This document shows, in pieces, positions 19,180-28,763 of a DNA stretch of 50,816 nt (position 1 is its first letter; every line of letters starts with the position of its first letter). The stretch lies in NCBI GenBank assembly GCA_945872775.1, contig CAMCBC010000001.1:1-50816 (forward strand), given 5' to 3'. The notes under the pieces are model-generated. The model had not been told where the DNA came from, did no database searches, and saw nothing but the letters and a program-made list of their open reading frames with translations. The position numbers and the translations under genes are program-made. This DNA is from Spirosoma fluviale. Lineage in GTDB: Bacteria > Bacteroidota > Bacteroidia > Cytophagales > Cyclobacteriaceae.

Positions 19180-19602
19180 TTAACCCACTCGCTCGTATTG
19201 GTTGAAGAAGAAGCTACCTTCAATGGCTGCATTTTCATCCGAGTCAGAACCGTGAACGGCATTGGCTTCAATGGATTTAGCGAAGATTTTACGGATGGTT
19301 CCTTCTGCTGCGTTTGCAGGGTTGGTTGCACCAATTAGGTTGCGGAAATCTTCTACTGCGTTATCTTTTTCTAGAATAGCAGCGATAATCGATCCAGAGG
19401 ACATGTAGTTGCAAAGATCCATGTAGAACGGTCTTTCACTATGTACCTCATAAAATTTGCCAGCCAATGCTGGACTAAGTCGGGTAGCCTTTAGAGCAAC
19501 GATTTTAAAACCTGCTTCTTCAATCATTTTTAAGATTGCACCTGAGTTACCGGCTTCGAAAGCATCTGGCTTAATCATGGTGAATGTTCTGTTTCCTGCC
19601 AT
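19180..19602 (-). CDS. ndk: Nucleoside diphosphate kinase
   Basis: [15 protein letters not shown] and catalytic NAVHGSDS motifs. Confidence 0.99.
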   Translation of the reverse strand: MAGNRTFTMIKPDAFEAGNSGAILKMIEEAGFKIVALKATRLSPALAGKFYEVHSERPFYMDLCNYMSSGSIIAAILEKDNAVEDFRNLIGATNPANAAEGTIRKIFAKSIEANAVHGSDSDENAAIEGSFFFNQYERVG

Positions 19603-19635
19603 GGGATTTGGAGTTTCATTGGTTTATTTCGGATG

Positions 19636-19643
19636 CAAAATTA
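19636..19643 (-). promoter_or_regulatory. -7 element of ndk promoter
   Basis: The reverse complement reads TAATTTTG(CA). Confidence 0.55.
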
Positions 19644-19786
19644 GCCTTTTTGATTTATAATTTAATAGAAGCTGTAGAATTCTCTTTTAGGTGCTTCAGT
19701 ATCAGTAAATTTCATGCTTTGGGAATTGTCTAAAATTTACTGACCTTTGTTGCCTCCGAAGCCAAAAGTGCAGCTGAATCAAATTA

Positions 19787-20821
19787 ATGGAAGCTTTAGG
19801 TACGCTTATTCAAAAACTTTCCTCACCTAGGAAAATCGTCATTACCACTCATGTGAAGCCTGATGCTGATGCCTTGGGGTCTTCTTTGGGTCTATCCAAC
19901 TACCTGATCAAGAAAGGGCACGAGGTTACGGTCATTACTCCCTCTGACTATCCTTATTTTTTGACGTGGATGAAAGGCAATGATCAAGTCTTGGACTTCT
20001 CCAAGGAAGGGGACCATAGGAAAGCCTTAGGGAAGTTGGAAGGGGCGGAGTTGATTTTCTGTCTTGATTTCTCTGTCCTGAATCGGGTCAATGAATTGGG
20101 AGAATTGATCCGTCAGTCTAAGGCATTTGTGGTAAATATTGATCACCACCAGGATCCAGAAGATTTTGCACAGTTTAGGCTATGGAGCACAGCAGCAGCA
20201 GCTACTTGTGAATTGGTGTATGAATTGATTGTGGCGCTTGGAGACAAAATCCTGATTGATAAACACATTGCTGCCTGTCTTTATGCCGGGATCATGACCG
20301 ATACGGGAGGATTTCGTCATCCCAATACTACCAAAAATGTCCACTTAGTGGTGGCAGAACTCTTAGAAGCTGGTGCAGATGCCACAGCGATTGCCAACCT
20401 GATTTACGACTCCAATTCCTTAAATAGGCTCAAATTCATTGGATTTGCCATCACAAAACGTTTGGTGGTGCGAGAAGATTTGCATTTAGCCTATTTTGTG
20501 ATCAACAAAAAAGATCTTAAAAAATATCAAAGCCAGACAGGAGACACCGAAGGTTTGGTGAATTATGCCTTATCTTTGGATGGCGTGAAGTTGGCTGCTT
20601 TATTTTCCGAACGAGAAGATGGCGTAAAAATCTCCTTCCGTTCAAGTGTCGATGTGGCGGTGAATAAGTTTGCAGCTGCTCATTTTGGCGGAGGAGGCCA
20701 TAAAAATGCAGCCGGAGGCAAATCTTCCTTGAGCTTGAAAAAGACAGTTGCACGATTTGAGTCCCTTGTTCAAGAGTACCAAGAAGACCTATTTTATTCC
20801 AAAGAAATACCTACGCTATAA
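19787..20821 (+). CDS. nrnA: DHH/DHHA1 phosphoesterase (bifunctional oligoribonuclease/PAP phosphatase NrnA)
   Basis: HVKPDADALGS, IDHH, TDTGGF, SFRS and GGGGH motifs. Confidence 0.92.
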   Translation: MEALGTLIQKLSSPRKIVITTHVKPDADALGSSLGLSNYLIKKGHEVTVITPSDYPYFLTWMKGNDQVLDFSKEGDHRKALGKLEGAELIFCLDFSVLNRVNELGELIRQSKAFVVNIDHHQDPEDFAQFRLWSTAAAATCELVYELIVALGDKILIDKHIAACLYAGIMTDTGGFRHPNTTKNVHLVVAELLEAGADATAIANLIYDSNSLNRLKFIGFAITKRLVVREDLHLAYFVINKKDLKKYQSQTGDTEGLVNYALSLDGVKLAALFSEREDGVKISFRSSVDVAVNKFAAAHFGGGGHKNAAGGKSSLSLKKTVARFESLVQEYQEDLFYSKEIPTL

Positions 20822-20858
20822 CTCCAATCTTAAAAATTTGAAATTCACCTATCCTTTT

Positions 20859-21785
20859 ATGAAAAATCACAAATCCATTGTTCTCATTTTTGCCCTAATC
20901 GTTGGGTTAGGCACGCTTTCTTCTTGCAAAAAAACTAAAGTAACGGAGAAAGATGCCATTGAATTTACCTACATCAAACAAGGCAAGGATAAGCCGGCAA
21001 ATGGTGAATTTCTATTGTATAATCTTGAGATTTTGACTCAAGCTGACTCAGTAATCTACAGCACCTTGACGCAACCTTTCCCAGGCTATTTGATGGCCAA
21101 TGACACCATCAAACCTCAGAATGGCATGGATGAGATCTTTTTGGCACTTAGAAAAGGCGATTCCATCACTTTCGAGGCAGCGGCTAAGATTATTTTCAGT
21201 GGCAACCAACCTGCTCCAATTAAGGAGGATGACCTTATCAAAGTTCGATTGGGTGCGTATGATGTAAAAACGGAAGCAGACATGCAGGCTTTCTATGAAG
21301 AGGCGATGGCGAAAGAACAAGAAAAGGCAGCCGAGCGCGCCAAGACACTTTTGGTAGAAGAAGCAAAAACGATTGAAGCCTACCTTGCTAAGAACAACCT
21401 AAAGGCACAAAAAACAGAAAGTGGGCTGTACTATGTGATTGAAAAAGAAGGAACTGGCGAGGCGACTACTCCAGGAACCACCTTGTCTGTGAACTATGCA
21501 GGATACCTGATCACCGGAGCTTTGTTTGACACTTCTTACCCAGATCTAGCCAAAGCAAACAACATGTTTAGCGAAGAGCGTCCTTACGAGCCGCTACCAG
21601 TCAATGTAGGCATGGGTCAAGTAATCCCAGGATGGGATGAGGGCTTGATGCTATTGAAAAAGGGTTCTAAAGCTAAATTGATTATTCCTTCTCCACTTGG
21701 TTATGGAGAAAGTGGCGCAGGTGCAATGATTCCTGCCAACTCTATCCTTGTGTTTGACGTAGAAGTAACCGACGCTAAGAAATAA
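20859..21785 (+). CDS. FKBP-type peptidyl-prolyl isomerase lipoprotein (1 of 3; probably two FKBP-like domains)
   Basis: Lipobox LSSC; ESGLYY, FDTS, VIPGWDEG and IPSPLGYG motifs. ATG at 20859. Confidence 0.9.
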   Translation: MKNHKSIVLIFALIVGLGTLSSCKKTKVTEKDAIEFTYIKQGKDKPANGEFLLYNLEILTQADSVIYSTLTQPFPGYLMANDTIKPQNGMDEIFLALRKGDSITFEAAAKIIFSGNQPAPIKEDDLIKVRLGAYDVKTEADMQAFYEEAMAKEQEKAAERAKTLLVEEAKTIEAYLAKNNLKAQKTESGLYYVIEKEGTGEATTPGTTLSVNYAGYLITGALFDTSYPDLAKANNMFSEERPYEPLPVNVGMGQVIPGWDEGLMLLKKGSKAKLIIPSPLGYGESGAGAMIPANSILVFDVEVTDAKK

Positions 21786-21819
21786 GGCGTAAAATTTTAA
21801 TTCAAATCACCCAAGACCT

Positions 21820-22380
21820 ATGAAATCCAGACTATTTGCTGCTTTGACTTTGCTTTTCGGAGCGTTTTCCTTGCTTTCTTGTGTGGATGCCGATCAAACC
21901 CAAGAGGTTATCTTGGTGCGGGACAAGGAAGCCATCGAAAAGTTTCTCAAAGAGAATCCCATTTCGAGTGTAAAGGAATACAGCGAGCCTATAGAAGGGT
22001 TTTACATGTTCTGGCAAGTTTCAACCAAACCAGAGCGAAACAGTCTGTTGCGTGGAGATACTGTCAGTGTCAACTATGTAGGTAAGACGCTCAACAAAAA
22101 GATTTTCGATACCTCTGTCGAGCAGGTGGCCCGAGATAATGGCATTTTCAGTGCTGGAAGAAAATACCAGCCACTTCGATATGCCGTAGGCTATGGATTT
22201 ACCATCACGGGATTTGAATTTGCGATTTCGATGATGCATCCAGGAGAAAAGGCTACGGTCATCTTCCCTTCTCGTCTTGGTTATGGAACTCAATCCAGTG
22301 GCTCTATTCCTGCAAATTCTCCCTTGATCTTTGAACTTGACCTCGTACAGGTCAAAAAAGGCCCGAATCTAAATCCATGA
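21820..22380 (+). CDS. FKBP-type peptidyl-prolyl isomerase lipoprotein (2 of 3)
   Basis: Lipobox LLSC; VNYVG, FDTS, PSRLGYG and IPANSPLIFEL motifs. Confidence 0.9.
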   Translation: MKSRLFAALTLLFGAFSLLSCVDADQTQEVILVRDKEAIEKFLKENPISSVKEYSEPIEGFYMFWQVSTKPERNSLLRGDTVSVNYVGKTLNKKIFDTSVEQVARDNGIFSAGRKYQPLRYAVGYGFTITGFEFAISMMHPGEKATVIFPSRLGYGTQSSGSIPANSPLIFELDLVQVKKGPNLNP

Positions 22381-22928
22381 TGCGTAATCTTCTAATCGTA
22401 TTCATTTTTGCGCTAGTTGGCCTCAGCTCTTGTGAGACTCCTAACCCATTTAATCAAGGGCCTGCCTATGATTTTGAGGGGAACCTTGCCACAGATCGTA
22501 AGAAAATTGCTGCATACCTAGATACGGCAAAAATAGACAGCATTTACCGGATCCATGATCCAAGTGGTGTGGTGGTTATTGTTCATCAGGAGGGCAAGGG
22601 TTCTCGTCCAACCAACAATACTGTGGTCTATACCGACTACATTGGAAAATTGATGACCACTGGAACGGTCTTTGACACTTCTTATGAGGATGTTGCTCGA
22701 CTCAAAAACATATTTGTGACGGGCAGAGTCTATGCACCAATTAGTTTTGTAATTGGTGGCGCCACCGTAATTTCAGGTTGGGATTATGGGTTCAAACGAC
22801 TCCGACCGGCCTCTAAGGCAACGTTTATTATTCCTTCGCCTTTAGGCTACAGCAATCAGAAAAACAACGACAAAATCCCAGAGAACTCGGTCTTGATCTT
22901 CCAAGTAGATTTCTTAGGAATCGATTAA
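22377..22928 (+). CDS. FKBP-type peptidyl-prolyl isomerase lipoprotein (3 of 3)
   Basis: Lipobox LSSC; FDTS, VISGWD, IPSPLGY and IPENSVLIF motifs. Confidence 0.9.
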   Translation: MMRNLLIVFIFALVGLSSCETPNPFNQGPAYDFEGNLATDRKKIAAYLDTAKIDSIYRIHDPSGVVVIVHQEGKGSRPTNNTVVYTDYIGKLMTTGTVFDTSYEDVARLKNIFVTGRVYAPISFVIGGATVISGWDYGFKRLRPASKATFIIPSPLGYSNQKNNDKIPENSVLIFQVDFLGID

Positions 22929-22929
22929 T

Positions 22930-22954
22930 AAAGGGGCTTTGAGCCCCTTTTTTT
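22930..22954 (+). terminator. Intrinsic terminator
   Basis: AAAGGGGCT-TTG-AGCCCCTTT followed by a T-run. Confidence 0.85.
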
Positions 22955-23095
22955 GTTTTGGCACCAAGCTCCTTTTTTCAAGGGGTAAGCCGCCTTTGGC
23001 TTCAAAATTCTTTCTAACTTGTCCCTGCAATGCCCCATAAGGAATGAATGCGGGCGAACTTGTCAGAACCAACGAACCCAAATGACTTACTTTTT

Positions 23096-24304
23096 ATGAA
23101 AATTGGAATCATCCGTGAAGGGAAAATCCCGGCGGATCACCGCACACCATTTACTCCAGAGATTCTTCATGAAATTCAAAAAAGGGTTGGTGATAGCTTG
23201 TCGATTTGCGTGGAAACAAGCGCGTTTCGCTGCTACACAGATGAGGAGTACCTAGAGCAAGGGATTGAGGTGGTCAGCGACCTATCCAAAGCTGATGTTC
23301 TATTTGGGGTGAAGGAAGTGCCGATTGACCAATTGATTCCCGGAAAGACTTACTTTTTCTTTTCGCATACGATTAAGAAGCAACCACGAAATAAATCCTT
23401 ACTGCAAGCCATCTTGGCCAAGTCCATCCGCCTGATAGACTATGAGCTATTGAAAAATCCTCAAGAGGAACGGGTAGTTGCCTTTGGGCGATGGGCGGGT
23501 GTTGTGGGCGCTTACAATGCTTTTTGGACCTATGGAAAGAAGACAGGTCTTTATGAATTGCGAAGGGCGGCAACTTGCAAGAATTTGGAAGATCTAAAAG
23601 TAGAGTTGAGGAAGGTGGTCCTTCCTCCAATCAAAATTATAGTAACTGGTAGTGGCAGAGTTGGCAAAGGGGTTTTAGAAATCTTGGAGATTTTGGGGGT
23701 TCGAGAAGTGGAACCTCAGGAATTTCTGAGTGATGACTTTGAAGAAGCAGTGTTTACTTGCCTTTCCTCAGCTGACTATTTGCGAAGAAAATCCGATGGG
23801 GGCTATGAGCGAGCCCATTTTTATGCCAATCCAGAAGCCTATGAAAGCCAATTTTTACCGTTTGCGCAGGCAGGGGAAATTTTAATTGCCGCAGCCTTCT
23901 GGGATCCTAAAGCTCCTCGCCTGTTTGAGCTAGAAGCCATTCGATCCCCTAAGTTTTCAATTTCGGTAATCGCAGACATTACTTGCGACATCAACGGTTC
24001 AATTCCTACCACTCGGCGCGCATCCACCATTTTGGATCCAGTGTATGATGTGGACCGAGATAGCATGCAGGAGCTTCCGCCTTTTGGAAAGCAGCACAGT
24101 ATCTCCGTGATGGCCATTGATAATTTGCCTTGTGAACTCCCAAGGGAATCCTCGACAGAATTTGCCCGACAGCTTCGGGAATGGGTGGTGCCGGAATTGG
24201 GGAAAGACATTTCACCAATCTTGGAAAAGGCCACCATTGCCCGTGACGGAGATTTGACCCTCGAGTTTATGTATTTAAGCGATTACGTGACAGCTACTCC
24301 TTGA
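23096..24304 (+). CDS. NAD(P)-dependent oxidoreductase, AlaDh/PNT family (saccharopine dehydrogenase / lysine-ketoglutarate reductase-like)
   Basis: IGIIREGK, GVKEVP, FFSHTIKKQ, IDYE, TGSGRVGKG, DITCD and AIDNLPCELP motifs. ATG at 23096. Confidence 0.85.
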   Translation: MKIGIIREGKIPADHRTPFTPEILHEIQKRVGDSLSICVETSAFRCYTDEEYLEQGIEVVSDLSKADVLFGVKEVPIDQLIPGKTYFFFSHTIKKQPRNKSLLQAILAKSIRLIDYELLKNPQEERVVAFGRWAGVVGAYNAFWTYGKKTGLYELRRAATCKNLEDLKVELRKVVLPPIKIIVTGSGRVGKGVLEILEILGVREVEPQEFLSDDFEEAVFTCLSSADYLRRKSDGGYERAHFYANPEAYESQFLPFAQAGEILIAAAFWDPKAPRLFELEAIRSPKFSISVIADITCDINGSIPTTRRASTILDPVYDVDRDSMQELPPFGKQHSISVMAIDNLPCELPRESSTEFARQLREWVVPELGKDISPILEKATIARDGDLTLEFMYLSDYVTATP

Positions 24305-24311
24305 TCTATTT

Positions 24312-24974
24312 ATGCAACTAAATCGTTATCTGGAATCCACCCTACTAAAGCCTACTGCCACAGATCGAGAGATTGATTTGTTGATAAATGAGGCGATTGA
24401 AGCTCAATTTATTGGGGTATGCGTACCTCCTTTCTGGGTAAAAAAGACAAAGCGAGAGTTGCAAGATCAGGACATACAGGTAGTCACTGTGATTGGTTTT
24501 CCTTTTGGGTTTGAGGCTACTGAAACAAAGGTGTCTGAAGCGAAGACCGCGATTCAAAACGGTGCGGATGAGTTGGACGTGGTCTGGTCCCAAACAGCCT
24601 TCCATTCGGGCATGTCCTGGCCCAAAATAGAATTAGCACAGTTGGCCAAGGTCTGTCATGAGTCAGAAAGGATCCTGAAAGTGATTATTGAAACCGCCTA
24701 CTTGAGTCCTGCACAAATCCGAGAGGCTTGTTTGATTTGTCAGGATGCGGGAGCAGATTTTGTTAAAACTTCTACAGGCTATGCCCCTTACGGAGCCAGG
24801 GTGGAGGACATCAGTTTGATGCGGGAGGTATTGCCTTCTACGATTGGGATTAAAGCAAGCGGAGGAATAAAAACGCTCGAACAAGCTTTGGCTCTGATTC
24901 AGGCAGGGGCTGATCGCTTAGGTACAAGCGCTGCAAAATCCTTGATGGATGAATGGAGAAGGGGAACTGCTTAA
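24312..24974 (+). CDS. deoC: Deoxyribose-phosphate aldolase
   Basis: TLLKP, VIGFPFG, LKVIIET, FVKTSTG, KASGGI and RLGTS motifs. Confidence 0.95.
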   Translation: MQLNRYLESTLLKPTATDREIDLLINEAIEAQFIGVCVPPFWVKKTKRELQDQDIQVVTVIGFPFGFEATETKVSEAKTAIQNGADELDVVWSQTAFHSGMSWPKIELAQLAKVCHESERILKVIIETAYLSPAQIREACLICQDAGADFVKTSTGYAPYGARVEDISLMREVLPSTIGIKASGGIKTLEQALALIQAGADRLGTSAAKSLMDEWRRGTA

Positions 24975-26083
24975 TTGGTTGTAAAGTAGATCAGTAGAAA
25001 GGGAATGATGAAGAAGGTGAGTAAAATATAGGCAAACACCACCAATCGATATTTCATCGATATTTTCCCCATGAAGTTGGCAATGCCAATTGGAATTTTT
25101 CGGATGACAGGTATGGGCAAAAAAATCAAGGCTCCAATACTATTGAAACACACATGGACTAAGGCTAAGGCGATGGCTGCTTCTGGCTTATAAATGGATG
25201 CAATAACGGCCGTCATGGTAGTCCCAATGTTTGCCCCGATGATAAAGGGAAAAACCTTTGCTAACGATACTTTTTTGCTAGCCACCAAAGGCACCACCAA
25301 AGAAGTGGTCACCGTACTGGATTGAACAGCTGCAGTAAAGAATAGACCATAAAAAAATGCAAGCCCTGTTTTTTGAAAAATGACTTTATTGATATCCTGA
25401 AATGTGTTTTTGATGAAAGACTTGTACATGGCTGTTGACAAGACTTTGATCGCAAAAAACACAAGAATAACTGATAAAATCATGGACACCATAGGTTGGT
25501 TGATCTGGGTGACTACCCATTCTGTCCAGGTTCGTGTAAACATTCTGTTGTAGACAATGGGCCCTTGGAAGCTATTGTCTGAGGCAAACCAGCTGGCAAT
25601 GTGACTAGCCGTATTGGATAGAAATCCAAAGTAGATTTCAAGGGGAAAAAGTAAAATGACGGTGAGAATATTGAAAAAGTCGTGGGATATCCCCGCAGAA
25701 AAGGCCCGTTGGAATTCCTTTTTGTTCATCAAATAGGATAAGGACACGAGTGTGGAGGTCAAGGTGGTACCGATGTTGGCTCCAAGAACGATAGGAACCG
25801 CTTGCTGTAACGTGAGATTTCCGGAGGCTACAATTGCTACTAGACTGGCGGTAACCGTGGAGCTACTTTGTATCAAAGCGGTAACCAATAAACCAATAAA
25901 GAGGCTGATGAAAGGATTTTTAGTGGCATTTAAAATTTCTAGAGCAATTCCTCCATTGATGTTTCCCACACCAACGGTAAGGAGATCAATAGCAAAAATG
26001 AATAAAAGCAAGGCTAGGATTACCTGCAGATATTGAAAAAAATTACTTTTGGTAGGACTTTCCTGCTTCTCCAATTTTTCCAT
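24971..26083 (-). CDS. Na+/phosphate cotransporter (NptA/SLC34 family)
   Basis: Repeated QSSS(T)/QSST and GANIGTT signatures. Confidence 0.93.
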   Translation of the reverse strand: MEKLEKQESPTKSNFFQYLQVILALLLFIFAIDLLTVGVGNINGGIALEILNATKNPFISLFIGLLVTALIQSSSTVTASLVAIVASGNLTLQQAVPIVLGANIGTTLTSTLVSLSYLMNKKEFQRAFSAGISHDFFNILTVILLFPLEIYFGFLSNTASHIASWFASDNSFQGPIVYNRMFTRTWTEWVVTQINQPMVSMILSVILVFFAIKVLSTAMYKSFIKNTFQDINKVIFQKTGLAFFYGLFFTAAVQSSTVTTSLVVPLVASKKVSLAKVFPFIIGANIGTTMTAVIASIYKPEAAIALALVHVCFNSIGALIFLPIPVIRKIPIGIANFMGKISMKYRLVVFAYILLTFFIIPFLLIYFTTN

Positions 26084-26228
26084 TTCTTAGTGATGCTATC
26101 AAATTAAATTGATTTCCAATTGTGCATCTTCATTTCCTACTTTCAAGCAAGGATGAGTTACAAAAGTTGACTTTTTTTTCCTAAAATCAATTTAGGATTT
26201 TGTTTAATGGCATTGTTTTTCTTTCTTT

Positions 26229-26273
26229 TAACAATTTAATAACACGGGTTGCGGAATATCTTATCTATTTTTG
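26229..26273 (+). promoter_or_regulatory. Promoter with TAACA-N6-TAACA direct repeat (Pho-box-like) and -7 element
   Basis: TAACAatttaaTAACA (26229-44) has an 11-bp period. TATTTTTG lies at 26266-73. Confidence 0.5.
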
Positions 26274-26297
26274 ACCTCGGTACCTACTCTTCCTAGC

Positions 26298-27437
26298 ATG
26301 GCCAAGCAAAAGCCGATTGATCAGAATATAAATCAAGAATACATTTCAAAGAAGGTCTCAGGGATTTTTAATTTGGCGAAAGCTGAACGCCCTTATTTAA
26401 TTCTTCTTGCAATCCTCATTTCTATTGCAGGATTTATTACCGAATATACCTACGCTGCCATGTGGTTTGGATTTGCACTCGCTGCTTATTCTGCCATTGC
26501 CAATGACAGTATCCAGACCATTGGGACATTTATTGTTTCCAATCAAAATACGAAGTGGTACTGGTTGTGGCTGTTTATCGGATTGATTTGGGTGGTCACG
26601 ATTACCTACAGTTGGTTTGTTTTCGAGGGGGATGTTTCTTTCCAACTACTCAGTACCCCAGGATTAGAAAAAGCACCCGAAAGTTTTGTCTTTCTACAGT
26701 TGGCAGCCCCAATTGTCTTGCTGATCATGACACGAATGAGGTGGCCAGTATCTACCACCTTTTTGTTGCTTAATGTATTTACGTACAAGGCAGGAACGAT
26801 CGTATCTGTGATGAGCAAAAGTTTTTATGGCTACATTTTGGCCTTCGTACTAGCGATCCTCGTTTGGTATATTTTAGAGCGTTTTGTAAAAAACTTTCTT
26901 AAAGGGGAGGCAAAGCCCTACTGGATGGTCTTGCAATGGATTACTTCAGGAACACTTTGGGCAATTTGGATTATGCAGGACGCGGCCAATATTGCTGTGT
27001 TTTTACCCCGCCAATTGAATGTTGTTGAATTTGCGGTTTACACGGGAGTTGTATTCTTTGGTTTAGGGATCATCTTTTTCCTAAAGGGGGACAAAATTCA
27101 AGACATCATTAATGAGAAAACAAACGTTGCTGATGTCCGAGCAGCCACGATGGTTGACTTGGTCTACGCAGTTATTTTGTTCTATTTTAAAATGTACAAC
27201 AATGTTCCAATGAGTACCACTTGGGTATTTATAGGACTATTGGCTGGACGAGAGTTTGCAATCGCAATGGGCAAGCATGGAAAAGCGAAAAGTAGAGGTG
27301 CTTGGCTAGAACGCGCCTTCCGATTGGCCAAAAAGGACGTGTGGAAAGCCCTTGCAGGTTTAGTGGTATCCCTAATCCTGGCGATGGTGATCAACAAAGG
27401 GGTTCGCGAAGAAGTTTTCGCCGTCTTTAATTTCTAA
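26298..27437 (+). CDS. Membrane protein, probable divergent PiT/PHO4-family inorganic phosphate transporter
   Basis: About 10 TMs. IANDSIQTIGT plus WPVSTT in the N-half; MQDAANIA plus VPMSTT in the C-half. Confidence 0.7.
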   Translation: MAKQKPIDQNINQEYISKKVSGIFNLAKAERPYLILLAILISIAGFITEYTYAAMWFGFALAAYSAIANDSIQTIGTFIVSNQNTKWYWLWLFIGLIWVVTITYSWFVFEGDVSFQLLSTPGLEKAPESFVFLQLAAPIVLLIMTRMRWPVSTTFLLLNVFTYKAGTIVSVMSKSFYGYILAFVLAILVWYILERFVKNFLKGEAKPYWMVLQWITSGTLWAIWIMQDAANIAVFLPRQLNVVEFAVYTGVVFFGLGIIFFLKGDKIQDIINEKTNVADVRAATMVDLVYAVILFYFKMYNNVPMSTTWVFIGLLAGREFAIAMGKHGKAKSRGAWLERAFRLAKKDVWKALAGLVVSLILAMVINKGVREEVFAVFNF

Positions 27438-27442
27438 AGCTT

Positions 27443-27895
27443 TTGGAAATTTTTTCCCATGAGTACTTCATGAATGAAGCCTTCAAGCAAGCAAAGATTG
27501 CGTTTGAAGAAGGGGAAGTGCCCGTGGGAGCAGTAGTGGTCTCAAAAAATAAAGTGATTGCACGAGCCTACAATCAGACTGAAAAACTAACTGATGTAAC
27601 GGCTCATGCAGAGGTGTTGGCAATCACTGCCGCTGCCAACTACCTTGGCGCAAAATACCTCAACGAATGCCGCTTGTATGTGACTCTGGAGCCCTGTCCC
27701 ATGTGTGCAGGGGCACTTTACTGGGCCCAACTAGGGGAACTTTACCTTGGAGCCACAGACCCCAAGAGAGGATATCTTCAGTGCAATTCCCAAATGCTCC
27801 ATCCCAAAACCAAGGTGTTTACTGGATTGATGGCAGAGGAGTCAGAGCAACTTATGCTGAAATTTTTCAAAAACTTGCGAAAAAAGACATTTTGA
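27443..27895 (+). CDS. tadA: tRNA adenosine(34) deaminase-like nucleoside deaminase
   Basis: GEVPVGAV, TAHAE and TLEPCPMC motifs. TTG start. Confidence 0.85.
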   Translation: MEIFSHEYFMNEAFKQAKIAFEEGEVPVGAVVVSKNKVIARAYNQTEKLTDVTAHAEVLAITAAANYLGAKYLNECRLYVTLEPCPMCAGALYWAQLGELYLGATDPKRGYLQCNSQMLHPKTKVFTGLMAEESEQLMLKFFKNLRKKTF

Positions 27896-27987
27896 TTGAC
27901 GAGAACTTTTTGTCTAAAAGTCTGGTTTAGAAGACATAAAAAAGCACACAAAATTTTTATCTTTACTACACATTAAAACCTACACTC

Positions 27988-28593
27988 ATGGCTTTTGAAC
28001 TACCCTCACTTCCTTATGCACTGAATGCATTGGAACCCCATATCGATGCACGAACCATGGAAATTCACCATGGAAAGCACCATAACGCTTACGTGACTAA
28101 CTTAAATGCTGCTATCGCTGGAACAGATCTAGAAGGTAAATCTTTGGAGGAGCTGATGAAGGTGGCAGGATCAAATGCGGCTGTGAGAAACAACGGAGGT
28201 GGACATTGGAACCACAGCCTGTTTTGGCAAATTCTATCTCCTGCTGGTGGAGGCCTTCCTACTGGTGAGCTTGCTGCAGCTATCGATGCCAAATTTGGCT
28301 CATTTGACGCCTTCAAAGAGACCTTCAACAAAGCTGGGGCTACTCGCTTTGGCTCAGGCTGGGCTTGGCTTTGTGTTGACACAAAAAAAGAACTTTGTGT
28401 TTGCTCCTCTCCAAATCAAGACAATCCCCTAATGGATGTGTCTGATTGCCCAGGCACCCCTATTCTAGGACTAGATGTATGGGAGCATGCCTACTACCTA
28501 CACTACCAAAACCGTCGCCCAGATTACATTGCGGCCTTCTGGAACTTGGTCAACTGGGAGGAAGTAAGCAAGCGATACGCTGCTGCGAAGTAA
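27988..28593 (+). CDS. sodA: Superoxide dismutase (Mn/Fe family, Mn-type signature)
   Basis: [23 protein letters not shown] and DVWEHAYY motifs. Confidence 0.95.
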   Translation: MAFELPSLPYALNALEPHIDARTMEIHHGKHHNAYVTNLNAAIAGTDLEGKSLEELMKVAGSNAAVRNNGGGHWNHSLFWQILSPAGGGLPTGELAAAIDAKFGSFDAFKETFNKAGATRFGSGWAWLCVDTKKELCVCSSPNQDNPLMDVSDCPGTPILGLDVWEHAYYLHYQNRRPDYIAAFWNLVNWEEVSKRYAAAK

Positions 28594-28615
28594 ACTAGTT
28601 GAAAGTTGATTTTCT

Positions 28616-28647
28616 AAAATCCCGAGCAGCCCGTTCGGGATTTTTTT
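28616..28647 (+). terminator. Intrinsic terminator after sodA
   Basis: AAAATCCCGAGC...GTTCGGGATTTTTTT. Confidence 0.8.
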
Positions 28648-28763
28648 GTTCCATTTTGGAAAAACACTGTTCGAAAATGAGACAGTACTCTATTTTCTTG
28701 CCCTCTAAATCCCGCTTTCCAGCAATTTTTTACATTTTTTTCTAATTGGCACATCCTTTTCAT
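28647..28763 (+). promoter_or_regulatory. Putative sigma54 promoter with upstream enhancer-like sites
   Basis: TTGGCAC-ATCC-TTTTCAT (28746-63; GG-N10-TC, one mismatch from GG-N10-GC). TGT-N11-ACA-like sites at 28647-63 and 28668-84. Confidence 0.45.

Noticed and set aside
19101-19334. 77-aa minus-strand ORF overlapping the ndk 3' end
   Set aside because: It is an alternative frame of ndk that runs through a terminator and shows no protein-like features.
20748-20858. Longer start for the first FKBP
   Set aside because: It overlaps nrnA, and the signal peptide/lipobox begins at the ATG at 20859.
28370-28452. Cys-rich segment in SOD (LCV...LCVC...DCPG)
   Set aside because: Similar cysteines are common in Bacteroidota Mn/Fe-SODs, and there is no evidence of a new metal site.
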